Shown: one piece after another, positions 38,670 through 50,530 of the stretch
How the letters are laid out: each line of letters opens with the position of its first letter
Numbering within the stretch: the first letter of the stretch is position 1
Origin: Negaprion brevirostris
Taxonomy: Eukaryota
Assembly: GCA_030324005.1 (NCBI GenBank)
Contig: JARDVH010000025.1
Span: 61,528,424-61,592,423 of the forward strand
DNA length: 64,000 nucleotides
Direction of reading: 5' to 3'
Notes under the pieces: generated by a model
Databases searched by the model: none
Told to the model about the DNA's origin: nothing
Seen by the model: the letters and a program-made list of their open reading frames with translations, nothing else
Position numbers and translations under genes: made by a program

Positions 38670-39188
38670 TTCCTTAATGAAAGAGTATTGTACTTTAGGT
38701 GAGTGTACTGTAATTTCTTACTGTGTTGTACATTCTACTTCTTTTATATTTAATGACATATTTTATTTTGGAAGTCATTTTAGCAAAGAATGCACAGTGC
38801 TGCACATGTATCATGGTGTTTCAACTTGTACATCATTTTATCCAGGCAGAAATATCCAAAGGAACCTAACTGTGGCTCTAACATTGATTCCTATGGGAAG
38901 GTAGCACTCACTTAAAGTCACAATTTTCAAATGCACCACCACAACTTTAACTGACGACTCCTTGCACTTCACAGAGACTTATATGTGACCTCCACAAGGT
39001 ATTACTCTTCTTGTCTCATAAAGACCAGTCTCACAAATGTCCTTTACCATTGATGGATTATGAGCAGCGTTCAATTTGCCCTATTGAAGCTGCTCTTGAT
39101 GTTCATCTTGATGGTTCTTTATGCCATATCATGGGAGTTCCTCACACAGGACTGACAGCAGCGTTGCCCGAGTGTACGCTCAAGTTCA

Positions 39189-39417
39189 AGTGGGAGTTGT
39201 GTTCACAAACAAGGCATAAAAAGACAAACTCAACTTAGAATACTGAGTTTGTGTTTTTATATGCCCTGTTTGTGGACAACTCCCACTCACCTGATGAAGG
39301 AGCAGCACTCCGAAAGCTTATGGTTTGTGCTACCAAATAAACCTGTTGGACTTTAAACTGGTGCTGTGACTTAATTATTGTGCTTACCCCAGCCCAACAC
39401 CGTCATCTCCACATCAT
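39189..39417 (+). mobile_element. Penelope-like family A element with an upstream hairpin and a hammerhead motif (39288-39322)
   Basis: Inverted arms 39189-39232 and 39244-39287, then CAC-CTGATGA-A-GGAG..CTCC-GAAA-GCT-T-ATG and aaataaacctgttggacttt..ccccagcccaacaccgtcatctccacatc. Confidence 0.75.
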
Positions 39418-39705
39418 AAAAATATAGTCACAGCACATAAGCAGAACCGTTCTAAACACACACAGGATAACAGTGCAGCTGATATATCTGGAGATTCATT
39501 CCAGGAGTTACAGAGTACAGTAACATACGAGATGCAGCTAATCCTGTTTCAGGGCCTGCAATAGATTAGATGTTACTTCAGTCTGAACACGACACATGTT
39601 CAGGTAGTTATTTATTCCTATTTGCAAGGTCATCCTCTGCCTGCCCCTACTTGATGGGCTCTCAAAATCTTCTTTCTTCTGAAGGCTCCCCTGGTTTGTT
39701 AATGT

Positions 39706-39811
39706 AGAGGCGAGGGGCGGACAGACGGCCAGAGGGCGAGGGGCGGACAGACGGCCAGAGGGCGAGGGGCGGACAGACGGCCAGAGGGCGAGGGGCGGAC
39801 AGACGGCCAGA
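39706..39811. repeat. 26-nt GC-rich minisatellite running into an N-gap
   Basis: Unit agagggcgaggggcggacagacggcc starts at 39731, 39757 and 39783; near-identical first copy at 39706. Confidence 0.95.
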
Positions 39812-40254
39812 NNNNNNNNNNNNNNNNNNNNNNNNNNNNNNNNNNNNNNNNNNNNNNNNNNNNNNNNNNNNNNNNNNNNNNNNNNNNNNNNNNNNNNNNN
39901 NNNNNNNNNNNNNNNNNNNNNNNNNNNNNNNNNNNNNNNNNNNNNNNNNNNNNNNNNNNNNNNNNNNNNNNNNNNNNNNNNNNNNNNNNNNNNNNNNNNN
40001 NNNNNNNNNNNNNNNNNNNNNNNNNNNNNNNNNNNNNNNNNNNNNNNNNNNNNNNNNNNNNNNNNNNNNNNNNNNNNNNNNNNNNNNNNNNNNNNNNNNN
40101 NNNNNNNNATGAAATGTTAAGTATCAATCTTTATTGCTCAATAAACCCTATTTGCTTGCAATTTAAATAAATATTCATTCTTTTTGCCAGTGACTACTCC
40201 TCAACAAGAATTTTTCTACTACTAGTAGCTTGTCATACAGTGAGACATTGCGTA

Positions 40255-40610
40255 CACTTGGCCTATGTTTCCTGGAGTTTAGAAGACTGAAAGGTGATAT
40301 GATTAAAATATACTAAATTCTTAAGGGGCTTGACAAGAGGTTCGGAGTCTAGAAATAGTGGTCACAATTTGAGAATAAGGGATTGGGTATTTAGGACTGA
40401 GGCTGAGGAGAAATTTCTTCATTCAATTACTTGAGATTCTTTGTAAAAATTAGTTGTTGAGTATATTCAAAATTGAGACTGATAAATTTATGGATATAAA
40501 GTGAATAAGGGGATAGTTTGGGAAAGTGCAATTGAGGTAACAAAAACTATCCACAATCTTATGGAATTGCAGTGCAGCCTTGAACGGCATATGTTCCTTA
40601 AGTCTGCCTT
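40255..40610 (+). mobile_element. Decayed CR1 3' end
   Basis: LEFRRLKGDMIKIY.ILKGLD remnants. Confidence 0.75.
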
Positions 40611-41171
40611 ATTTCAAGGAGACATGTTTTATCAAGCTAAACTAATTGAATCTGATGATAAATTTCAGGTTTGTACATTAATCGTACATTGGAATAAAGC
40701 TGCTTAATAATTCAAAGCAAGCTTGCATCAAGTACCTGTAACTTGGGGTTACTTTCAGAAAGATTTAAAAACTACCGCTTGAAAAGACAAATCCTACGCA
40801 GATCACAAGAAGCGTGTAATTTTTGCACGTCAGCTTGATTCTGTCGTATAACAAGATTAGGGGAAGTTCTAAACAAAACCTTAACATTCCCAGACCACTT
40901 GCAGCGCAATTAACGCCTCTGAACCCACAAAGGCTGACCCAGTTTTGTTAACATATGCTCAACAGCATTATGCAAAGTTAGGCTGGAGGATTTTGCTTTC
41001 AAATAGAATAATCACCAAGCTAGCCATGTTTCAGAGTTAAATATTACTGTGAATAGCAAGCTTGGCTAGGCCCCAAAACATTAGTGCATCCTTGCATATG
41101 AGAAAGCTAGATTTCAAGTTACACATTGTCTTACTGTATAGTTATTTATGAGTCTTGCACAATATTTTTAC

Positions 41172-41356
41172 CTCATATTCCTCTTTGAAACCATAGCCCT
41201 CTGATGTTTTCATCAAGTTGATATGCTGCAATAAGTCTGCAACACGGATAGCAGGATGGAGTTGGCCAGTCTGGTATGGAGACTCCGTGGGGTCACAGTG
41301 ATAACGGGGAACATCTAATAACCGGCTTGACTCTGCTGATACTGTGTGGTTTTCAT
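41172..41356 (-). CDS. PTPRK: PTPRK exon (185 nt): [61 protein letters not shown]
   Basis: ctag|AT GAA AAC ... TAT GAG|gtaaaa. Confidence 0.95.
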
Positions 41357-42380
41357 CTAGGTGGATAAAGAATGATTTATTAAGTGCNNNNNNNNNNNNN
41401 NNNNNNNNNNNNNNNNNNNNNNNNNNNNNNNNNNNNNNNNNNNNNNNNNNNNNNNNNNNNNNNNNNNNNNNNNNNNNNNNNNNNNNNCCTCCACAAATTG
41501 CCTGACGCACTGGAGGTAAATTATATGCAGTTTTGGAGACGTTGACTTGCCTTGCAATTCGAAGAAACAATCTTACAAAAAAAAGTTTGCAATGGAAGTG
41601 ACTGAAGTCTACCTACACGTTTCTACTGGATAAGCATAATCCAAAGTTACAATTCAAATTAATGCAGAATCCAATGACCTAATCATAGCTATATAAATGG
41701 TTATAGAATCATTGTGGCCAATGCATATGTACACAAAATGCCTACATGAGTTCTATTCCCATAGGCTTTGTTCTGAAACATAAACTTTGTATGCAAGGTA
41801 TTATAAGTTAGAATTTGTCTGCTCTTGGCTTCAGAATTAAACAAATAATTTATTTGGAAATAAGCAGTATAATCTATTCAGCATGTTTCACTATTTATTT
41901 CTACTTTTGTTCAATCACATACCTGGCATGCCTACAGGGAAATGCACAGAACCATTTAGAAAATATATAAAGGTGGCTTATATCCACTTAACATGAGATG
42001 TACCCAATATCATAATACTGGTAGAAATCCAATGCTGGAAATGCAATATTTCCCTTCCTAAAATCTGTAACTGAATAATTATTTAAACCAATTCAGATCT
42101 TGTGCTTGCGCAGTTATTGGCTGACCAATACTCAAAAGAGGACATTGCAGTAGTGGAATGCTCCAATCCAGGAAAAGGGAACTGATTTGAGATTGAAAGG
42201 CATAGATCTGTTCAAATAGTGGGTGCATGTGATTTATCCTTCGATACTGACATATGTCAAAACAGTCATAGGTTCATAAATCCTATCAAGAATTCATGGA
42301 CAAATATACATTTCACCATATTACATAATTTCTACATATCCTACATTGCCCATTGTTGTTTTGCAAAATACACCACTCAC

Positions 42381-42392
42381 CTGCAATGGGCA
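42381..42392 (-). CDS. PTPRK: PTPRK 12-nt microexon, VPIA
   Basis: ttttttgctgctcttttcgacaaag|TGCCCATTGCAG|gtgagt; phase 1-1; corresponds to the VPIx insert that precedes DENH/DETH in PTPRK/PTPRM variants. Confidence 0.85.
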
Positions 42393-43747
42393 CTTTGTCG
42401 AAAAGAGCAGCAAAAAACAAAAAAAACATACATTCAGGTTCAGTGCAACTTTGAAGTATAGATATAAAATTTAATCCAAATCATATTTTTATTGTCTGAC
42501 TCATTTAAACCTTTTAATTTTAGGGTTGAATCTGAACCAATTTAACAGGCTATATTTGTTTTGTCCAGCAGTGATTTTGTAATGAAATAAAAACCAAATA
42601 GTAAACAAAACAATGTCCTCCCAGGACTAATGGATACAGTTACACTCCAACATAATGAAAGAGATTTGAGGACATGATGCTGCAACAAATCAAGCACTTT
42701 CTAACAGGATTGGGACCTTATCCTGGACATTGTGGCACTCTATTTTCTTTAAAATATAGTCCTAGTTTTCAATTTTTGTACTGTCTGCAACCAACAGAAA
42801 ATGCACATTATGCAACTGTGACGTTACAGCACTTGGAGAAGACCAATGCATAGTGACATCAGTAAAAACTACCGCTAATTTTGTCACATATTGACACTGC
42901 TTGAGAAATGCATGCAACATCACGTGACCATGCACATCACATGGAATTACAAAAAATACCCAAAAATATTACGATCAAGTCTGGGATGGTTTCACAGAAA
43001 AACAATTATTTTACATTATTCAAGTGAGGATTATCTGCACAGATGATTTTGGTGGTCTAGGCAAAGGACTGAACAACCATAACTGTGTAGGAGGTGGCCT
43101 TATAGTCAATTTAGCCCATGCAGAGTATATTAAAGTCAATCATGGTTTTATTTATTCAAAACTTGGCCTTTATTGCTAACAATCAAATTATGATAATGCA
43201 TTGTGCAGTTTGACATAAAATTACTTATGTTCAGCAATAATAAAATCTAGGGGAACTCTTCAGGAATTTTTGATTTATGGAGTGAAAAATTACATCAGAA
43301 AATGGACTATGCCAAAAAGCAAAGAATGACTGCACCATTCTCTTCCCCTCAGCCTGGCAACAAAAAAGGTCAGTAAAATAACTCGCAAGCATGTTGCATT
43401 TCACATATTTAAATATCTTTTACAGCTTTAATGGAATTAAACATGTAAAATTAACATGTTCATGCAGTGACAGGTGCTCATTGTTATTACACAGATTTCC
43501 TACATGTGAGATGAGCCAGTGTCAAGAGCTTTGCATACTTTTCTCTAGTTATTTATTTCAAGTGAACTTCATAAGACAAGAGTGCACATATTTATGATTT
43601 TATACTACTGAACATTGCCATGTTCATATCATGAGCCGAATTTCACTGGCTCCTGGATGGCAGGTCACATTGGGTCGCTGGTAAAATGCTGATGAGCCAA
43701 GTTGGAATTGTTCTTTGGCACAATCTTGCTGCTGAACCATTTTCCTA

Positions 43748-43945
43748 GTGACATGGGACTTTGATGTTGTGGCCATTTCAGAGACGTGGATAGAGCAGGG
43801 TCAGGAATGGATGTTGCAGGTCCCGGGGTANNNNNNNNNNNNNNNNNNNNNNNNNNNNNNNNNNNNNNNNNNNNNNNNNNNNNNNNNNNNNNNNNNNNNN
43901 NNNNNNNNNNNNNNNNNNNNNNNNNNNNNNGAAGGGCCTTGTAAC
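43748..43945 (+). mobile_element. CR1 endonuclease fragment across a gap
   Basis: TWDFDVVAISETWIEQGQEWMLQVPG. Confidence 0.8.
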
Positions 43946-45879
43946 CAGCTGTTAGTAGTTCCCCACCACATGGGGACACTTCCAGCTGCAAGGAATTATC
44001 TCCCCTAAGGGTTCCTGCCACCAGAGCCGGAGGCTTCATGGCCCAAGGTGAAATCCAATAGCAAAGACCATCCCCATGGTTCCAATATCATCAGCAGAAT
44101 TCCCTTGCTTGGCCCAGGCAGAGAAAAAAATATTTCTGACTCCCCTGCAAGGACAACTCAAAATGTAAACGTCCTCCCGTTCTCCTTGCAGCTTTGCTTT
44201 TCAATAAAACTATTTCATGCTTGTTGAGATGGATCATAGATTACAGCATTAACGACCTCTATAAAGTATAACTGCATTGTTTGCACAGTCACAATGATCC
44301 CTCTAATTTAGGCAGAGTTCTACTTTAATACCACTATGGGAGTAATATTGTTTAATTTGGCCCAAATTCTTTTAAGCTGAATGTTTGGCTGCAATGCTTA
44401 TCTATGGGAATTCCTCTTGCATTTTGTGAATTATAAGTACTGAAGTTGCATTAAAAGCATCTGTCGATCATCTACAAATCGTTAATTTTGATTCCAAAGT
44501 GTAATCCAGCAAATGTGCAAGGGATGATCAGCATTTTTTAAAATCAGAAGTGGCAGAGGTTTGACAATTAATAAAAAACAATTACTCAAGACTAGATTTT
44601 GGCTTTTAGCTAAACTTGCTTTCACATCTTTTCCCTCTGTGTGCACTGAGTTCAGCAGGTGACAGGGACCTCTAATACCTCACCCAAATCAACCTTTTAT
44701 AAAAGCATCAACAAGCTACTCAAAAAGGGAAAAAAAATCTCAACTGAGCCCAATCCTGTCATGCTGTAGAAGTTCTGTTTATTAGCAGCAGAAACCACTG
44801 CTGCTAACAAATTTAGGGGCTCTGAGACAAAATGAGGCAACGTCTGTGCCCTTCTTTGCAAACAACAGTAAACTTAGTGTAAACTTTGGATTGAGTCCTC
44901 TGCTCAGATCTTGGCTGATTGAACCATCTGATTCATTCATTATGCAGTACAGAATTCAAACAAACTCATATCATCAGACATAAAGGATGGAAGAAGACTT
45001 CAAAAAACAAAAATCAGCTGGAACCATTTTCCTCATGAAATTTCTCAATTGTAAGGTGATTTTAATCTCCTAATTGATTGTATACATAGATTCATTCTGA
45101 ATTACAGCCCTCATTCATTGACCTGAAAAGCAACATGGAGTTGACAGATGCAACATGGGAAATGCAAAACACACAACTTCAGCAGTATCAAGTTGGCAAC
45201 TGAAAACAAATTGATGAAATACTGTTAAAGTTTGTATCTGAACATTAAACTTGCCAAGAGGAACCTATGCTGACTGTTGTATGGAATTTTAGATTCTTCC
45301 TCATTCATTCAAGTTCCACAAAATGTAAGAAGGACTATTATCCTTTTCCATGACCTATTAAATGCTCAGTTCCCTGGTAAAGAACAAACAGAAAACATTG
45401 CCATTGAATCCTTTTCCTTTTACATTTCCCAATGACACAGCATTGTCAGAATTGGAAACAACTTCTTCAGTGGACTGAAAAAAGATTTCAAGGCCTGTAG
45501 AACTTTTGATTACCTTCTTGGAGAAGCAGAGTAATATTGACTTTTGTAAGTTATATGTTAAGTATAAGTTGTTATGGATTTGCAGCAGATGGAAAAGATT
45601 GAGTACGTGAATATTAAGGAGGAGGATGTGTTGGAACTTTTGAANNNNNNNNNNNNNNNNNNNNNNNNNNNNNNNNNNNNNNNNNTTTAATTTAAATTTG
45701 TAATAAATTCTGTTAAGTGTCTGTTCTTTAAAGGCACAGCACAAATAAAAATATATTTTGTTGTGGTCAATCGAGAGATGGGACAAAGGGAAGGATTACC
45801 CCACTGTCTTTGGCCCATGGCACAAATTTCATTCCCCAGCCCGATTCCACCTCCCTCCCTTGGTAAAATTTTTGAGCTT

Positions 45880-46110
45880 GAACCAGACCATTTGCAACCT
45901 TAGTATTGCATTTTAGCCCAGAATGTGTTTCCAATCACATATCCACACCATGACTAAGATCACCTACTTCCACCTCTACAACATTTCCTGACAGCCGTGT
46001 CACAGCTCCTCTGCTGCTGAAACCCTCATCCTTGCCTTAGCTTTTCCAGACTTAATTATTTCCCTGGCTGGATTCCCATCTTCCAACTGCAATGTATCGA
46101 AGCTCAATTG
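45880..46110 (+). mobile_element. L2-type LINE fragment
   Basis: TYFHLYNI..SAAETLILA..SRL remnants. Confidence 0.6.
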
Positions 46111-46799
46111 CAAAGAGAAACTGTGTGTCAATTCTACCAAGAAGTCTACTTCCAACTCAAGGCTAGACAGAGAATATCCAGTAGAATGTTGGATATCCTT
46201 GCTTCAAGGAAACTGAGCTAACCCTTTCATTTTTGCACGTTAGGACAGTGGCCACACGATCAAACATCTTGCAAAGTCTAAAATGGTACACAGTGATGAT
46301 GTGGGTATTGGTGATTGGAAATTACAGCAAAACTGAATTATAACATCTAAGAGATCAGCAGAAAAAAAAAGACTTTTATTTCTTCAACGTTATGTCAAAA
46401 CTTATTTTTTTGAAAAAAGCTTATTCCTTAAAAAAGACAAGAATTTTGTTTGAAATTTTAAACAACTGATCGGTAGATTTTTTCTCTCCCCACTTGAATT
46501 CATATGTTGTATGCAGAATCAGTTTTAGATAGCTACATGTTTTGCTAATTGCAACATACAAAGTAAAAATGTTTCCAAAATTCTTTGCTCAATAGAAAAT
46601 TATTTGCGATTTATGTGTATTCATTAGTCTTTCTCCTCTCACTCTCTCCATCATGAAACCACTATTTCGAATGAAAAAAGCAGAACACCTTTTCTACTCC
46701 ATTAAACATTCACACAGACACAACTTGTTTACATAGTCATTAAACATGCAAAACACACAAAGTCATGCATCAGTTGGGGATATAGAGTTCAGTCCTCAC

Positions 46800-46835
46800 C
46801 TAATACAGCAGTCGGAACAAGTGGATCATTAGGCA
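46800..46835 (-). CDS. PTPRK: PTPRK 36-nt alternative cassette exon, LPNDPLVPTAVL
   Basis: tacag|TGCCTAATGATCCACTTGTTCCGACTGCTGTATTAG|gtgagg; phase 1-1; peptide recognised from R2B juxtamembrane splice variants. Confidence 0.93.
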   Translation of the reverse strand, partial: CLMIHLFRLLY

Positions 46836-48787
46836 CTGTAGGAAAACATATCTCATGAAGCAAACAGATTGGCATCAATTATTTTCTTAGGTAGAAGTGA
46901 CATATTATTTTAAACTGCTGAAATTTAGTACAAAGAGAATTACAGGTCAACTATTTCAGGCTTTAGCATTAACTTATGAGAAAAAACATCCTTACAGCTC
47001 CTTGCATCCAAAGATCAAATTCATAAGTGCTTTCTATGAATATGCTGTTTGTATTAAAAAGCAGTAGCATAAAGAAAAATGTAGAGTTTTAATGGGATTC
47101 AGACAGATGGTCAATTATCTGGATGATTTAGAAACTAGACAGGTATTCATTACCAAACAGATTAGCTAAGGAATTATTAAGGCTGCAATAGCATAATTGA
47201 CTTTTGGTTCCAGCTTTGTTTTTTTAATTGCTTGATAGAACTGACAAAAAAGACAAAATTCCATTTAAGTTAATGTATTCTACATTTTTTGAAATAGAAT
47301 GCCACTAGAGTCTCAGTTACATTTTTATTTATAAATGTCCTGTAGAGTACTGGTAATTGATTTGTAAAACCATCTAATCTTTTAAAGAGATCAGATCAGA
47401 CCACAATAAATCTTCTGTCCAATAATATGAAACTCAGAGATTTTCATCTACTTTTGCTACTACTAACTATATTTTGATTACCTATAATTACGGAAATAGC
47501 CAAGCATACTTATTGAACAGCTAGAGATAGGACCATGAGAAAATGGACAGCATAGCTCAGTTGTTCCAGGATAAAGTTAGAAACTCAACTACCTGCAGCT
47601 ATTTTCACCATCTAACCATGGGATACAAAACATCAGAAATGGATATCATTGACAAAAGCAGACAAATAAATCAGTGCATGCTGGTCAAATGGCAGTATGC
47701 TAAAATGCTGAGATTCAGTTTCTTGATCTATTTTAAGATGTAGGGAAGATTGAGTGATGCATTGATATAATATCCACAGCTGAAGAAAGCATCAACAAAT
47801 CACCTCGATCATTAAAATGCACTTCTTAGTTGAAGACAAAAATGGAAGAGGGTTAATTCTCCAGACTTATTTCACACTTAATTATTTCACAGAAATGAAC
47901 GATGATAGTCTGTAATTGAATTGCAGAAGGCCATGTGTAAGAGCAAATATAGCTCTCTTTTTTCAGTGATTCTCTCACATTTTCACCATTGAACAGCAAG
48001 TTAGATAAATGTTAGCAAAGAAATCAAGTATAAATTATGGATAGCACATTTCTACTTCAAAAATTTGAAAACAAAATCATTTAAAATTAAAAAATGTTAA
48101 CTTATTTCCCAGTGCTCAATGTTTTTTGTCCTTTTCTCCAAAGGCATGAAATATTGTGAAGTTACCAACAATTTTCCAAAACTGTAACCTTTCAATGTGA
48201 ACCTTCACAGTAGGTATCAACAACAATGGGGGACATCTTGGCCAAATCTGATCCTATTTGCACCTGACACCGAGACAAGCACACCTTCCGGCAGCCAGAA
48301 AAGTATCAGCAGTTTGCACCTTGTGGATTTTTCTTTCCTAATNNNNNNNNNNNNNNNNNNNNNNNNNNNNNNNNNNNNNNNNNNNNNNNNNNNNNNNNNN
48401 NNNNNNNNNNNNNNNNNNNNNNNNNNNNNNNNNNNNNNNNNNNNNNNNNNNNNNNNNNNNNNNNNNNNNNNNNNNNNNNNNNNNNNNNNNNNNNNNNNNN
48501 NNNNNNNNNNNNNNNNNNNNNNNNNNNNNNNNNNNNNNNNNNNNNNNNNNNNNNNNNNNNNNNNNNNNNNNNNNNNNNNNNNNNNNNNNNNNNNNNNNNN
48601 NNNNNNNNNNNNNNNNNNNNNNNNNNNNNNNNNNNNNNNNNNNNNNNNNNNNNNNNNNNNNNNNNNNNNNNNNNNNNNNNNNNNNNNNNNNNNNNNNNNN
48701 NNNNNNNNNNNNNNNNNNNNNNNNNNNNNNNNNNNNNNNNNNNNNNNNNNNNNNNNNNNNNNNNNNNNNNNNNNNNNNNNNNNNNNN

Positions 48788-48915
48788 CCCCTGACGAAGG
48801 GACTAACCCCGAAAGCTTGCGAGTTTACTATCAAATAAATTGGTTGGACTTAAACCTGGTGTTGTCAGGCTTTTTACTGTGTTTACCCCAGTCCAACGCC
48901 GGCATATCCACCTCA
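48788..48915 (+). mobile_element. Penelope-like family A end with a hammerhead motif variant
   Basis: CTGACGA-A-GGG-actaac-CCC-GAAA-GCT-T, then ttggacttaaacctggtgttgt..ccccagtccaacgccggcat. Confidence 0.7.
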
Positions 48916-48934
48916 AGTTGCAGAGCAGGGCTTG

Positions 48935-49500
48935 ATCGAAAGTGGGGATATTTTGATATAGTTGTACAGACGTTGCTGTGCACAGTCTGGGTCTCATTTA
49001 AGAAAGGACATAATTGCACTGTAAGCAGACAGGAGAAGGCTCACTTGACTGCTTCCTAGGGTGATAGGGTTATCTTATGAGGAAAGATTGGACAGATTGG
49101 GCTTGTATCCCTTCAAGCTTAGAAGAACGGGGGGTTGATCTTATTGAAACATACAAGATCCTGAGGGGACTTGACAGGGTGGAAGCTGAAAGGATGTTTC
49201 CCTTTATGGAAGGGTCGAGAACTTGGGGCACCGTTTAAAAATAAGGGATTCCCTATTTAAGATTAAGATGAAGGGAAATATTTTTTTCTGAGAAGGTCCT
49301 AAGTCTGTGGGACTCTCTTGCGTAGAGGTGGGGACACGGAACATTTTTAAGGTTGAATGAGACAGATTCTTAATTGACAAGAGATAGGAAGAAAGGGGGA
49401 ATTGAGGTCACAAATGGATCAGCCAAGTTCTTATCGAATGGTGGAGCAGGCTTAAGGGGCTGAATGGGCTATTTCTGTTTCTAATTTATATGTTTGTAAG
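48935..49500 (+). mobile_element. CR1 3' end
   Basis: GLSYEERLDRLGLY..LIETYKILRGLDRV and 3' UTR. Confidence 0.85.
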
Positions 49501-49699
49501 CCTATGAATTAGAGGTGAGAGCTGCCAGTTGGATGCTGATACTTACCACCCCCTTCCTGCCCCCAGATCAATTGAGAAGAGACTGGGAATGGTGGACAGT
49601 TAAAAATTTACAAATCTGAAATATGCCCCAACTTGCTGCCAATCTGTCTGTCACTGTTTTCACAACAGTCATTTTTACCGCCATATCGATGTCCTATTT

Positions 49700-50005
49700 A
49701 TGGAGGAGGAATAGGCCATTCAGCTCCTTGAGCCTGCTCTGCCACTTAAGATCATTTCTGAGAGGGACCTCAAGTCTGTATTTTGCCTACCCACAATAAC
49801 CCATCACCCTTTGCTTACCAAGAATCCATCCACCTCTGTTTTATAAATATTCAAACACACTGCTGCCAGGGCCTTTTCAGGAAGAAAATTCCAAAGACTC
49901 ATGACCCTCAGTAAAAAAACATTGAATTCATCTCTGTTTTAAATGGATGACCCTTTAGTTTTAGATTCTCCCAAAAGAGGAAACAACCTCTCCACATCCA
50001 CTAAA
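49700..50005 (-). mobile_element. CR1 3' end
   Basis: aggaggaataggccattcagctccttgagcctgctctgcc tail in reverse orientation. Confidence 0.7.
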
Positions 50006-50403
50006 ATGGAGAGTGGCTTGGGGAGGAACTTCCAGGTGCTGGTGTTCCCCTACCACCACAATCTTTTCCAGACCCCCTTTAAACCACTTATCTTTCCCAG
50101 TTTCCACAAACCATCCCTACATGTCCTTGACTGTGGCCTCCTACTGCAGATTTCCCCACTCCAGCCACTGGCCAACCTCTTTAACTTTCACAGCATGGCA
50201 ATGCATTAGCAATGCCATTGAGGCATTAAAACCATATGAAAACAAATTGGTAATGTACAAGGAGGACTGAGAATGGACTACATATTGGTAACTTGATCTA
50301 TTGGAAGGTGTTAAACATTGGGTAAGATGATCATGATAATTTTGTTAGGAATGTCATAGGTTGATTCAGAAACTTACAACAGACCAACTGAAATGGATAC
50401 TCT

Positions 50404-50530
50404 GGGCTGGATTTTCCAGCCACACTCACGCCATGGTTAAAAAATCCCATCCAAGGTCAATGGGCCTTTGCATAGGACCATGTGCCACCCGCTGCAATTC
50501 CTGTGGCAGGCGGGACAGTAAAATTTCCCC
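50404..50530. mobile_element. MITE-like element
   Basis: gggctggattttcc ... gtaaaatttccccc imperfect terminal inverted repeats. Confidence 0.45.

Noticed and set aside
39706-39811. CRISPR-like array
   Set aside because: Head-to-tail repeats without spacers in vertebrate DNA; this is a minisatellite.
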